DNA from: a virus
Taxonomy: Duplodnaviria; Caudoviricetes
Virus record (IMG/VR): IMGVR_UViG_3300037424_000199
Span: 1 to 60,175 of that record
Strand: one strand, 5' to 3'
DNA length: 60,175 nucleotides
The translations under genes and the position numbers were made by a program. The notes beneath the pieces are model-generated. The model was given only the letters and a program-made list of their open reading frames with translations, ran no database searches and was not told where the DNA came from. Numbering within the stretch: position 1 is the stretch's first letter; the number at the start of each line of letters is the position of its first letter. Below, piece after piece: positions 28,901-37,547 of this stretch.

Positions 28901-29510
28901 CTGTAGAGCCAGCAGTAATACAAGCTGCTTCTACTGCTGCTCCAACGTTTATTTGAGTAGTGTCACTAACATTAGTTAAAGTAGCATTTCCACTGATACA
29001 AGTAATATTTTGAGTTAAAGTTATAGCACTAAGCAATTGTGAATATGTAGTTCTATCTAGCTCTTGCCCATAAGAAAAAGCATAATTAGCAGGAGCTACA
29101 AAACCAGACCAAGGCAAAACACTACCTACAGCCAACCCATCTCCTACTGTAATACTACCTGAGCCTCCAGCCCCAGCAGATGAAGTATTTTTATCCCATT
29201 GGATATTATTATTACGATCTTTTACAACCTGACGATAAGAACCATTTCCTAAAATCAAAGCTCTACCAGCAGCATCCAATACAACAGGATTGGTATTTAA
29301 AACTGTAGCATCCGCATCTTTCCAAGTTGCTTTGCGAGTGCTGGTGCTCGGAATATAAAAATCTACAGTTCCAGACGTTAAAGGCTTTCCATTTCTATCT
29401 AAAAATGTAGTCATAGCTGGCGGTAAAATCGCCGCGTTCTGAGCATACGCAAAGTGAACTTGCGCAATTATAAGCGCAGAAAGAACGAAAGTTTTAAAAA
29501 TGGAATACAT
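25926..29510 (-). CDS. Tailspike/tail fibre (head-binding domain, tail-collar domain, beta-helix depolymerase-like C-terminus) with N-terminal signal peptide
   Basis: MYSIFKTFVLSALIIAQVHFAYA|Q then FLDRNGKPL...NTNPVVLDAAGRA...GSYRQVVKD; TTFNAPDLRG collar; DAATKAYVD; DPRQFGA...NDFAAIQAALD. Confidence 0.85.
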   Translation of the reverse strand: MYSIFKTFVLSALIIAQVHFAYAQNAAILPPAMTTFLDRNGKPLTSGTVDFYIPSTSTRKATWKDADATVLNTNPVVLDAAGRALILGNGSYRQVVKDRNNNIQWDKNTSSAGAGGSGSITVGDGLAVGSVLPWSGFVAPANYAFSYGQELDRTTYSQLLSAITLTQNITCISGNATLTNVSDTTQINVGAAVEAACITAGSTVISKTSTTVTISSNATVSVTTTSTFFPWGNGNGLTTFNAPDLRGVVLPGRNNMGGSSSANLTVSFYTDPNSLAGNGGSQSKTLISSSLPNVSSSGANSISVTTTDTQIPNATTALVSSNAAGGAFGQFGNTTTTLAARTSTNAAQAIAVSANTGGIAVSATVAAGGSGYTAGTQLLTVSGGTCTTQPQFNVTIVAGAITDPVLVTAGQCSVVPTNPASTTGGGGTAGTLNIIYSAVPFSIIQPSKTINYIVKIAPDVNLSIARCSNLIDAGTACTANIGTSGNTVPLLNTANTFSAEQTFSAGIVVSGGATSITDLNAPVNPTDAATKAYVDSVATGLNILAQSALATAAVLPNTPTYSNGALGVGATLTAGSNTTLTVDGTAAPLSTVVLVKDQASSFQNGIYTVTDAGSGAAPWVLTRATYFDEAAEMTAGSYTLITSGSTNIGTSWVLQATVTTVGTDPLVWLQFAAQAGVVSVGGNQGIVTATQVTASCNIFTGALSGCVPSGSGTTVISQLVPTTQTWTTPTSLVVQTRTAAAALDLTNVNAIKTLGYASATDGGGATFYRKAAGEFLDQNVASGTISNNGTSGCTNGTYRGTIFSGGVGTGFMANVTVTANVVSAITKTFNAGGYGYAVGDVLSATITGCSTTVTFTVATVTTVRASFTDAGGNKWQYVSDNFIDPRQFGAVFDWLGVDGSATNDFAAIQAALDYAAYLPSINGFTTNGGPMASTAVLLPKGVAMVCSALTIYGGTQLRGQGPVNSQLHMCDAGIGGGSNFVTLCDPNSQIACFGAQIADVGLSATITPTGNAGTYMLYTNAAQQLRAISNVAIYGGQRGCFRYDTGYGGAALFTSHNLFCTMFSTANSDGIVLNAGTTLLKFYDTVSEGTYAGNAVNMIGGQITLDGFHTEAITTGININMTTATHSATVMHATGGNGCTNLVQLQATNSIGNFAIYDAVKNGCSTNLVLNGQPAGASRAADARPSAGWVSFNP

Positions 29511-29634
29511 ACCTTTAATCCTATTAGCTCTCTTAATTTTTAAATATCGCAACTATATCTGGATGCCCACATTACTCATTTTAGTTGCTTACGCAAAGTT
29601 TAAATTGTATGATCCTATTTCACTTCAAGTAAAA

Positions 29635-31566
29635 TTATGGCGATACAATTCTAGTAAGAGCATTAGCGCCACGTGTTACCAAAGAAGGCTTAGGCCCCGG
29701 TATCTGAGCTTCAAGCGCCGCGATTAAAGCATCCCGGCTAGGACCTTCAGTTGGTAAGGCATACTGTGCATATCTAGCATTATGTTCACGCGCTAAAGCC
29801 ATTTTAACTTTGTCTTTACCCCATGCCGCTGTTTTAGCTCCAGCTAGTAAGCCAGTAGCAACCCCCGGATATCCACCCATAAAGAAATTAGCTGCTTCTG
29901 ATGCTGCTACAGCAGGGGCGCTTTTCATAACTTCAGTTTTAGCTGGTAATGCAAACTGTTCTTTAGAAGCAGAACGCATAGCAGTCTGGCTACCTTCAAT
30001 AATCTTATTGTGGGTATTAGCTATCTTGCGTTCATCTTGTAAAGTTTTAACAAGTTTGTCAGTTTCTTCCTTACCAAATATAACTTCTAATTTCTTACGA
30101 TTAAAATCAGCTTCAGGAACTTCCATTCCTCTACGCGCAGCAAAGCGAGTATTATGAATGGTAGTATCTAATTGAAGGCGAGCGCCTTCCTTAGCTGCTT
30201 CTTTTTCAGCATCAGACAAACCTTTAAACCATTCTTCAGTAAATTCAGGACGGCCTTCTAACTTTTTAGAATTAGTAAAGATACCGTTATATCCCTCATG
30301 GAAAGCATCATCAATTTCTTTAGCATCACGAAACTTAGATAAAGCTGGTTTGTATTTTCCATCAGCAGACTTATCAATAGCTTTTACCAATTCTTGCCTT
30401 ACCCCCATCAAAGCATTACCCATGCGTCTAGCTTGCCCATCTGCGCTATTTAGCAATTCTTGGGCGGTTTGACGTAATACAGATTGAAATTGATGTAATG
30501 CTTTAGGGTCAGTCCTTTGTTCTTTGGCATTAGCAAGCATGGTTCTGACTTGATTTAACTGCTTATTTATTTCAGTAGAAGGCAACGTACTTTCAGAAGT
30601 AATAATCTTGTTTACCCCCGGCTTTACAATATTATCAATATGCTCAAGTACTGGGTTTATATCTACAGGTCTAGCATTAGCTACAGCAGGTTGAATTTCT
30701 TTTTCCCCAGCATCAGTAGCAGCTTTTTTTAATTCCTGTAATTTAGTTACACCATTAACAGGCAAGCCAGTAGCGCTATCATAAGCTGTTTCTACAGCAG
30801 CTTTTGACCCAGCTAAACGAGCGTCAGATGCTCCTTTAAGATAATTAATTTGAGGACCATCATTAGCAAAAAGATGTTGAGTATCTTGTAAGACTTTAGG
30901 AGATAAATCAGCAGGAGCTAAACGAGGGTTAGCTTTCATTTCCCTTACTACAGCAGGAAGATTTTCACGTCCAATACTTTCAACAAGAGTTGATAAAGCT
31001 TTATTCTTAGGTAATGCTTTAACTACTGCTGATCCACCGGGAACAACAGGAATAGCCGCGCCAGCTACAAAGCCAGCACGACTCCCAATGTCTTTGCTAC
31101 CAGTAATATCAGTTACAGGAGTAGCTACCCCACCTTCAACCAAACCGCTAGCTGGTGAAGTAACAACTTGCAAGGCGCCTAACGCAGCTTTACCCGCTCC
31201 CTTGTAAGGCTTTCCTGCCCCTATATCTTCTATACCGCTGGAAAACATTTCTTTTCCAGATTTAAAAGCACTACTAATGCTTTCTTCTATATTAGTTGTG
31301 GGCAGCAATCTTCTAGTTCTAGGAACATCTTTAAATTCTGACTTATAATTATTAAATTCGTCAGAGCTTTCTTTAGATAATCCAGAAATAGGAGGATGTG
31401 GCTCACCAGTAATAACTACTTTTTTAATATCCTTTGGTAAAGCTTTAGCTTCAGGAACATTAAACTCAGACAATATACTATCAATATCTAAAGCATCTAC
31501 TGCTTTCTTTGCAGTAGAATTTCCTTTAAAGTCTGATAAGATATCGTCTATATTAAATTCAGCCAT
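29635..31566 (-). CDS. Putative DNA ejection (internal virion) protein
   Basis: Large helical A/K/E-rich protein in the P22 gp16 position. Confidence 0.6.
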   Translation of the reverse strand: MAEFNIDDILSDFKGNSTAKKAVDALDIDSILSEFNVPEAKALPKDIKKVVITGEPHPPISGLSKESSDEFNNYKSEFKDVPRTRRLLPTTNIEESISSAFKSGKEMFSSGIEDIGAGKPYKGAGKAALGALQVVTSPASGLVEGGVATPVTDITGSKDIGSRAGFVAGAAIPVVPGGSAVVKALPKNKALSTLVESIGRENLPAVVREMKANPRLAPADLSPKVLQDTQHLFANDGPQINYLKGASDARLAGSKAAVETAYDSATGLPVNGVTKLQELKKAATDAGEKEIQPAVANARPVDINPVLEHIDNIVKPGVNKIITSESTLPSTEINKQLNQVRTMLANAKEQRTDPKALHQFQSVLRQTAQELLNSADGQARRMGNALMGVRQELVKAIDKSADGKYKPALSKFRDAKEIDDAFHEGYNGIFTNSKKLEGRPEFTEEWFKGLSDAEKEAAKEGARLQLDTTIHNTRFAARRGMEVPEADFNRKKLEVIFGKEETDKLVKTLQDERKIANTHNKIIEGSQTAMRSASKEQFALPAKTEVMKSAPAVAASEAANFFMGGYPGVATGLLAGAKTAAWGKDKVKMALAREHNARYAQYALPTEGPSRDALIAALEAQIPGPKPSLVTRGANALTRIVSP

Positions 31567-32916
31567 TTATTCACCAGTATCATAAATTTTAGCATCTTTA
31601 GCTAACTGTAAAGTTTCAAAAAACTTAACAGCTTTCTTCTTAGCTGACGCATCGCCATTCTTATAATCAGACTTCATTTTACTAACTAGCTTATCGCGTT
31701 CTTTTACATCCATTAAATCCAAAGTTAAAGCTTTTTCATCTACAGATTGTGGGAAATTTCCCTCATGCTTAATATAATTTTCGTAATCTCTCCCTTTAAA
31801 TGCATTAGGTTTTAAAATTTGAACGCGATCTAATGCAACAGCATCGCGAGTTAAATTTTGTAATGCTTGTGTTAATTGTACCTTGGGATTAGGACTACCA
31901 GCTTCAGCTAAAGCTTGCTGAGCATCTGATCTTTGACCAATAGGGCTATTGCCCACATACTGAGCTAGCTTCTTATTTAATTCTTGCCTAATGACAGTAG
32001 GATCGTTTTCAGTTTTAGTATCGACTAAACCCCATGCTTTTAAACCTGCCACAGCAGTATTAAATTGCTCGGTCCCCGGTCCTGTAGCTAGTCCCGGCAT
32101 AAGCTTTAGCGCCTGAATAGCTGGCTTAATTGATTGCGCCCTAGCTGACGCATTCAGTTGCGCCTTAGTATAGGCTTCCTTACCCTCATTGAAGAGAGGG
32201 GCAGGAGCCGACCTATAAGCCCCAGCAAAGCGATTGTTAAAATCGGTTGGGGTTTCTGCCGTCCTATCGACAGTAGGCCCTGTCGGCCCGGTTGTAGGCC
32301 GTGCAGCAGGCAAAGCAGATCGAGGGCTAGGAGCCCCGGCAGGAACCACCCCAGCAGGCCCGGATGGAGGAACCAATACTTGCTGGTTTTGCTGATCAAA
32401 TACAGGAGTACCGGGAGGAATTTGAACCGGCAATTTAGTAGCAGATTGGAAACCGCCGCCTCTAGCTGCTGGTGCTCTTACCCCTTGATAAATATTAGAT
32501 TGATCTGATATAGTTTCAGTAGTTCCGTACTGTTGATTAATTCTTTGCTGCGTATCCATACCCCTGCGTAAAGCATTTTCTGAAAAAGCTTTAACACTTG
32601 GAGCGGCGTTAAGTTCATCCATCATATGCTTAGTAGCTTCTGGAGGAAGCTTTAACGTAGTAGCAAATCTATTTAATCTCTCAGCAGCTTGAGGCTTAGT
32701 AATATTAGGATCATCAATCATAGTTGATAATTCTTGGTTCATCAACGTAAATTGAGTATTCATTAAATCTAATTTTTGTTTATCAATAGAGATAGCACCG
32801 CTTTCAATTTGCTGCTTCTGCTGCTGCAATCCTCCAAGCTTCTGCGCAGTATCTAAAGGAGATACAGGCAAAGTCGGTTTGGGATATGAGGAAGTATCAG
32901 CTTCTAAACCAGCCAT
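31567..32916 (-). CDS. Putative DNA ejection protein (gp20-like position)
   Basis: Q-rich helical N-terminus; synteny. Confidence 0.6.
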   Translation of the reverse strand: MAGLEADTSSYPKPTLPVSPLDTAQKLGGLQQQKQQIESGAISIDKQKLDLMNTQFTLMNQELSTMIDDPNITKPQAAERLNRFATTLKLPPEATKHMMDELNAAPSVKAFSENALRRGMDTQQRINQQYGTTETISDQSNIYQGVRAPAARGGGFQSATKLPVQIPPGTPVFDQQNQQVLVPPSGPAGVVPAGAPSPRSALPAARPTTGPTGPTVDRTAETPTDFNNRFAGAYRSAPAPLFNEGKEAYTKAQLNASARAQSIKPAIQALKLMPGLATGPGTEQFNTAVAGLKAWGLVDTKTENDPTVIRQELNKKLAQYVGNSPIGQRSDAQQALAEAGSPNPKVQLTQALQNLTRDAVALDRVQILKPNAFKGRDYENYIKHEGNFPQSVDEKALTLDLMDVKERDKLVSKMKSDYKNGDASAKKKAVKFFETLQLAKDAKIYDTGE

Positions 32917-32928
32917 AATCAATTTACC

Positions 32929-33690
32929 TTATGAAGAAAACGGGGTCGGCCCGCTAGGACCACCTAAAGTAATTGGTCCTGATGATTTACCATATAATCC
33001 ATTATACATAGCATAACCACTAAGATTATTTGATAGATTAGAAATAGAACTTCCAGTAGCATTAGCAGCGGCAGCTTGCGCATTAGCTCCACTAGTTAAA
33101 GCTGTCCCAGTATTATAGGCTGCCTTTTCACCCAATACACCTGTGCCAGTAGCAGCACTAGCACCAGTATCAATTAAACCTTTAAGGCGATTGTAAGAAT
33201 TAGTTCTATTGATATTTTCCATATCAAAAGCAGTCTTATATGTATCTGTAGCCAATCCTTTAGCAAATGCTGCTGCACCTTTTAAAGCTGCACCTGATGA
33301 CGCCAATCCTCTTGCTGCTGCGGAGTTAGTAACAGCTTTTTGACCTTGAGTAGAAGCAAATTTATAATAATCACTTCCTTCTAGGACATTAGGATCAATC
33401 GAAATAGGTGAAGTTAATTGATCGAGACTTTTAGTCATTCTGCCAGTAGCATCAGTACCAATATCACGATAAGGACTTAAATCTGATCTGGTTTGCTGAT
33501 ACTGCTCCTGCTGAATAGCTGCTACGCGGTCAGCATTCTTAGACTGAATATCAGCAGCTTTATTAGCTCCATAAATAGACGCACCAGCCCCAATAACTGC
33601 TGAGCCTATAACTGCTGTTGCTACCCATGCATTACATAAGCAAGGATCAACAAATTCAAAATCTATGTTTACCTTGCTGCTAGTAATCAT
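32929..33690 (-). CDS. DNA transfer/ejection protein (P22 gp7-like)
   Basis: WVATAVIGSAVIGAGASIYG...DLSPYR..G...YKF...QGQKAV.NSAAARG...SGAALK. Confidence 0.75.
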   Translation of the reverse strand: MITSSKVNIDFEFVDPCLCNAWVATAVIGSAVIGAGASIYGANKAADIQSKNADRVAAIQQEQYQQTRSDLSPYRDIGTDATGRMTKSLDQLTSPISIDPNVLEGSDYYKFASTQGQKAVTNSAAARGLASSGAALKGAAAFAKGLATDTYKTAFDMENINRTNSYNRLKGLIDTGASAATGTGVLGEKAAYNTGTALTSGANAQAAAANATGSSISNLSNNLSGYAMYNGLYGKSSGPITLGGPSGPTPFSS

Positions 33691-34106
33691 AATTTAAATT
33701 CCAATTGATTAGCGTTACAAAACTCTAACCATTCATCTTCAGACTTAGCAATAAAGTGATCTTTAATTTTATCTATATCAATATCATCAGTACCGTGAAT
33801 TGTAGTCCATACACAATCAGTTAAAGTGTGGGCCGCACGCTTAGTACCGGGAGGGGAAACAACTGTAAATGGCGCGGAAACTTCCTTAACCCCTTCCTCA
33901 GTCGTCACTATCATAGTTCCGGCAGACAAAATATTTAAATTTTCAAATTTATGAATTTCGCCAGTTAATGTAACCCCTGCTGGTATATGAAGTTCTCTAG
34001 CATAAACACCTTTAGAAAAATGATGTATTACTTTTAATTCTATTTGAGGCATCATTTTTAAATGATCCTCAAGTGCAAATACTTTATCACGTAAAGCTAA
34101 TTGCAT
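33687..34106 (-). CDS. Cupin-fold phage protein
   Basis: HHFSKGVYARELHIPAG..LTG.IHK...SPPGTKR.......WTTIH. Confidence 0.7.
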   Translation of the reverse strand: MQLALRDKVFALEDHLKMMPQIELKVIHHFSKGVYARELHIPAGVTLTGEIHKFENLNILSAGTMIVTTEEGVKEVSAPFTVVSPPGTKRAAHTLTDCVWTTIHGTDDIDIDKIKDHFIAKSEDEWLEFCNANQLEFKL

Positions 34107-34445
34107 TTAAGCTCCCAAAAATTGTACTGTTGGTAAAACAGAATATGTAACTATAACGGTATCCCCAATACGAATAGGAACAATCAATGGAGTAACTATA
34201 GACAATGGGATAGTGTCTAACCCTCTAACCAAATCAATATCTGATATAGTACCACCAGAAATAATTAAACTACCATTAGCATTAGCTGTATAAGAAAACG
34301 GCGAAGCACTAACAGTTATAGCTTGAACAGCAGGAGCCGGTTGAACTAATTGTTGAAAGAAACTATTCCAAGGTGGAAGTAAGTACCCAACGTTATTAGC
34401 AACTCTAACTAAAGCTGCCTGCATATTTAATACAGGTTGCGTCAT
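34107..34445 (-). CDS. Putative tail/needle-associated protein
   Basis: ITVSASPFSYTA beta-rich domain; follows gp10-like gene. Confidence 0.55.
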   Translation of the reverse strand: MTQPVLNMQAALVRVANNVGYLLPPWNSFFQQLVQPAPAVQAITVSASPFSYTANANGSLIISGGTISDIDLVRGLDTIPLSIVTPLIVPIRIGDTVIVTYSVLPTVQFLGA

Positions 34446-35887
34446 GTTGCTGCTTTCACAACTTCAATAAAAGCTCCATTTAAAGCAGTTTTAGCATTAG
34501 CCGAACTACTTAATTTAAATATCCTGTCTCTAGCCATACCCAATCTATTCCAAGATGGCACAGTACGATATTCACCAGTCCTACCCATAGATTGAGTGAC
34601 TGGATTACCATAAGACTTACCCTTATCGTCTGACCAACTTAAAGAAATTAAAGGATCATCCTCTTGATCCTCTATCGTTCCTACTTCAATATCAGCATCA
34701 AAACTTTTAAAAACTAGCTTATCATTATTATCAGTCATATGCGGAAACGTCCTTATCCAAACAATAGGACTTCCATCATCTGTATATGAATTTATATCTA
34801 ATTTTAAAAGTTTTCCGTTTTCCCAATCTCCAACTAAATTAAAACCATTAGCAAACATACAACAATTAGCTCTAGGTCTTAAAAAGTTTCCATTGTCATC
34901 AACCCAATTCCATTCATTCCATTGCTTGGTTTTTAAATCGTATAACCAGCCTTTACTAGCGGTAGGAAAAACCAATGCATAAAAAGCATGATCCTCGATT
35001 TGAAAACAAAAACCTACAGCATCAGATAGAGTGACATAACCTTTCATCATATTTACTGTTCTAGGTGTAGATATTTCAGTTAATTCATATCCTTGACCTT
35101 GAACAATTAGACCATTTCCTTGTTGATCTTGCATAATGAAAAATACAAGTACATCCATAGTAGCTATAGAATATTGAGCCGCGCACCCATGATTGATATA
35201 TGCGCCTTGAACTCTTTGAAAATAAAAATCTGCTGCCCCCGTACCAATCCAAATTTCTGTAGTTCTATTTCCTATTAACCAAAGCTCACCATGAATTGTT
35301 ACGATGCCCACAATAGGATCATTGAAGCCAGACTTAGTAGCAATGTCTAATGGATCAAAAGCTCCAATAGTACTTAGTAAAGTGAAATCAGCATTTGAAA
35401 CAGATATAAACCATTGGTTAGTACCCGGAACATTAAATATATAAAATGTGTCTAACAATGCTACAAAATCAGCGCCATAGAAGTTTGGATCAGTTATTTG
35501 CGAAAACGCATTAGTAGCTATATCTATGACATATCCATTGACACCATCTACTAGGACAATGGTCAAACCATTATCTACCATATAGACTTGGCTTAAGCGG
35601 TCAGCTATATTCCCAATTAGCACTACAGTCTGATCACTTAAAACATAATAAACATTAGGACCAACTACATAGTAAGCTGTTCCTATGCTAGTATTGTAAC
35701 AACCTCTTGCGGTCCTAGCGAAATCAGGATCAACATATAAAATTGTACCGGGGGTAGGGTAATAGGTAACTTTAGCTGGAGCTTGAGGGTCTTTTTCATT
35801 AATCTCAGCATAGAGATTAACGCACTCTTGCCCTGAAGCAATAATGCTTTTTCCATCATAGGCTGAGCTTATAAGTTCAACTCTCAT
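34442..35887 (-). CDS. Packaged-DNA stabilisation / tail hub protein (P22 gp10-like)
   Basis: QECVNLY.E, PTPG, beta-propeller-like repeats, LSWSDD.G..YGN, WNRLGMARDR. Confidence 0.82.
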   Translation of the reverse strand: MRVELISSAYDGKSIIASGQECVNLYAEINEKDPQAPAKVTYYPTPGTILYVDPDFARTARGCYNTSIGTAYYVVGPNVYYVLSDQTVVLIGNIADRLSQVYMVDNGLTIVLVDGVNGYVIDIATNAFSQITDPNFYGADFVALLDTFYIFNVPGTNQWFISVSNADFTLLSTIGAFDPLDIATKSGFNDPIVGIVTIHGELWLIGNRTTEIWIGTGAADFYFQRVQGAYINHGCAAQYSIATMDVLVFFIMQDQQGNGLIVQGQGYELTEISTPRTVNMMKGYVTLSDAVGFCFQIEDHAFYALVFPTASKGWLYDLKTKQWNEWNWVDDNGNFLRPRANCCMFANGFNLVGDWENGKLLKLDINSYTDDGSPIVWIRTFPHMTDNNDKLVFKSFDADIEVGTIEDQEDDPLISLSWSDDKGKSYGNPVTQSMGRTGEYRTVPSWNRLGMARDRIFKLSSSANAKTALNGAFIEVVKAAT

Positions 35888-36873
35888 TAGTAAGCATCAG
35901 CGTTAAAGATATAGAAGCCCGCTCCTCCACCCCGCCTAAAGCGAAGTGAGCTAGGCATTTTTAGTGATGGAATTTGAGCGTTCTGATTTTTAATATCATT
36001 CAATGCAATCTTAGCTAACTTTCCTTGCACTGGATTTGTGGGCAATTGATAATGAGCAACTAATCTTACACACAAATTATAATGAACAGCTTCTTCGTAT
36101 TCATCTGGCATATTAAATTCAGCATCTAAATCTGTAGTAACATTAGTAACAGTATATTCAAAATTTGTACCAGCACCTATAATGCTTGTATCTAATGATA
36201 ATACATCTCCAATTCTATAACCTGTCCCACCATCAGCTAAAGCAACTACTGTTACTAATCCACCAGCGACGGTAACATCAGCAGTACCGCCAGAACCAAA
36301 ACTACTTATGTTAGTAAAAGGAACAGTTAAATAAGCACCGTCATTGTATCCAGTTCCTGCATTTGAAATTTCACCATTCGAAATAACCACAGTAAATCCA
36401 ATCGGACCCTTTATAACTAAATGAACCTCATATAGAGATGAAGGGATCGGCCAAATATAAACATTTCCATATGGGAACTGACCGTCATAAAAGAAATACT
36501 GAGGCCATGTATTTAAATTCTTTAAAGCTATCCTAGAATAATCTTCCCAACTAAAAATAGGAGTTAACGGATAGCTCACTTCATTAGCTACGCTACCTGC
36601 ATTCAATTGCTTAAAATAAGCAGCTTGAATAAGATTAGGTCTAGATGCATTATAATATTGTCCGGGGCCAATAAGATTAGATTTTAAATTATTACCGGGG
36701 GCGGATACTTCATAAAGATTAGGAACAAGCCAACGCTTTTTCTGCCATCTAGAAAGCATTCTAGTTAGCAAAGTAAAGCCATCATTAATATCTTCAGAGA
36801 GCGGGGTTTGGCCTACACCAGTTACCCCGCTTTCACGTAATGCTAATGTTACGAAGTCTCTTGCTGTTGTCAT
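35887..36873 (-). CDS. Head-tail adaptor (P22 gp4-like) with an inserted beta domain
   Basis: TARD.V..ALRESGV.GVGQTP..ED...L..ML; MPDEYEEAVHYNLCVRL; insert with AGTGY/GGTGY repeats. Confidence 0.72.
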   Translation of the reverse strand: MTTARDFVTLALRESGVTGVGQTPLSEDINDGFTLLTRMLSRWQKKRWLVPNLYEVSAPGNNLKSNLIGPGQYYNASRPNLIQAAYFKQLNAGSVANEVSYPLTPIFSWEDYSRIALKNLNTWPQYFFYDGQFPYGNVYIWPIPSSLYEVHLVIKGPIGFTVVISNGEISNAGTGYNDGAYLTVPFTNISSFGSGGTADVTVAGGLVTVVALADGGTGYRIGDVLSLDTSIIGAGTNFEYTVTNVTTDLDAEFNMPDEYEEAVHYNLCVRLVAHYQLPTNPVQGKLAKIALNDIKNQNAQIPSLKMPSSLRFRRGGGAGFYIFNADAY

Positions 36874-37196
36874 TTAGCATTAGGCCATGCTGGAGCTTTA
36901 TCTTTACCTTTAGGCTCTTTCTTAACCTCAAGCTCAGATTTTACAGCATTGCCACTAGTATGCTGAGCTTCTTCCATAGCGCTATTAACGATTTCACGTT
37001 TACCAGTAATATTGCTAGTTATTTTTTTAGGGTAAACGCTATGCCCATATTCATTTAAAATGTTGGGGTCTTTACCATAGCCGGGGTGAGGATTTGAAAC
37101 TGTATAAGGGTTAAGATTTAATGAAGTACCATCACCAATACGATCTTTAAAGGGAACATCTAAATCTTTAGGTTCTGGAAATTGCGCCTGAGCCAT
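36870..37196 (-). CDS. Hypothetical virion-module protein
   Basis: YPK...IVNS..EE motif; follows the capsid gene. Confidence 0.6.
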   Translation of the reverse strand: MAQAQFPEPKDLDVPFKDRIGDGTSLNLNPYTVSNPHPGYGKDPNILNEYGHSVYPKKITSNITGKREIVNSAMEEAQHTSGNAVKSELEVKKEPKGKDKAPAWPNAK

Positions 37197-37230
37197 TTTT
37201 AATTTTTCCTACTTTTATTTAAATTAGGTG

Positions 37231-37258
37231 TTGACTTAAGAAATAGACCGTATATACT
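37231..37258 (+). promoter_or_regulatory. Early-type promoter inside the late region
   Basis: TTGACT-16-TATACT with the CCGTA element shared with early promoters. Confidence 0.7.
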
Positions 37259-37288
37259 CAATTATATCAGCAAACGGGAGCTACACAA

Positions 37289-37507
37289 ATGACCTACTTC
37301 TGCACCACTCACAAATATGAAGATTTGAACGCTTTAGTTGGCGAAAAGCTGGATATGTGCACTTCTCATATGGTTTTTGATAGCTTTTACGATATTGAGC
37401 AGTATATGAAGGCGCCTAGACCTAATTGTGTAGTGTGGGAAATGGAAAAAGATACTACTGCTAAATTTGGCTACCGATTTAAACGTCTTTATGGCATTCC
37501 TGCCTAA
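37289..37507 (+). CDS. Moron-like hypothetical protein, antisense to the structural operon
   Basis: Own promoter, GGGAG RBS, ends at the capsid terminator hairpin. Confidence 0.7.
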   Translation: MTYFCTTHKYEDLNALVGEKLDMCTSHMVFDSFYDIEQYMKAPRPNCVVWEMEKDTTAKFGYRFKRLYGIPA

Positions 37508-37515
37508 AAGATTAA

Positions 37516-37541
37516 AGGGGCTGGCTTTTATACCAGCCCCT
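37516..37541. terminator. Hairpin terminator between the convergent capsid and moron genes
   Basis: aggggctgg / ccagcccct 9-bp stem. Confidence 0.7.
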
Positions 37542-37547
37542 AAACCC

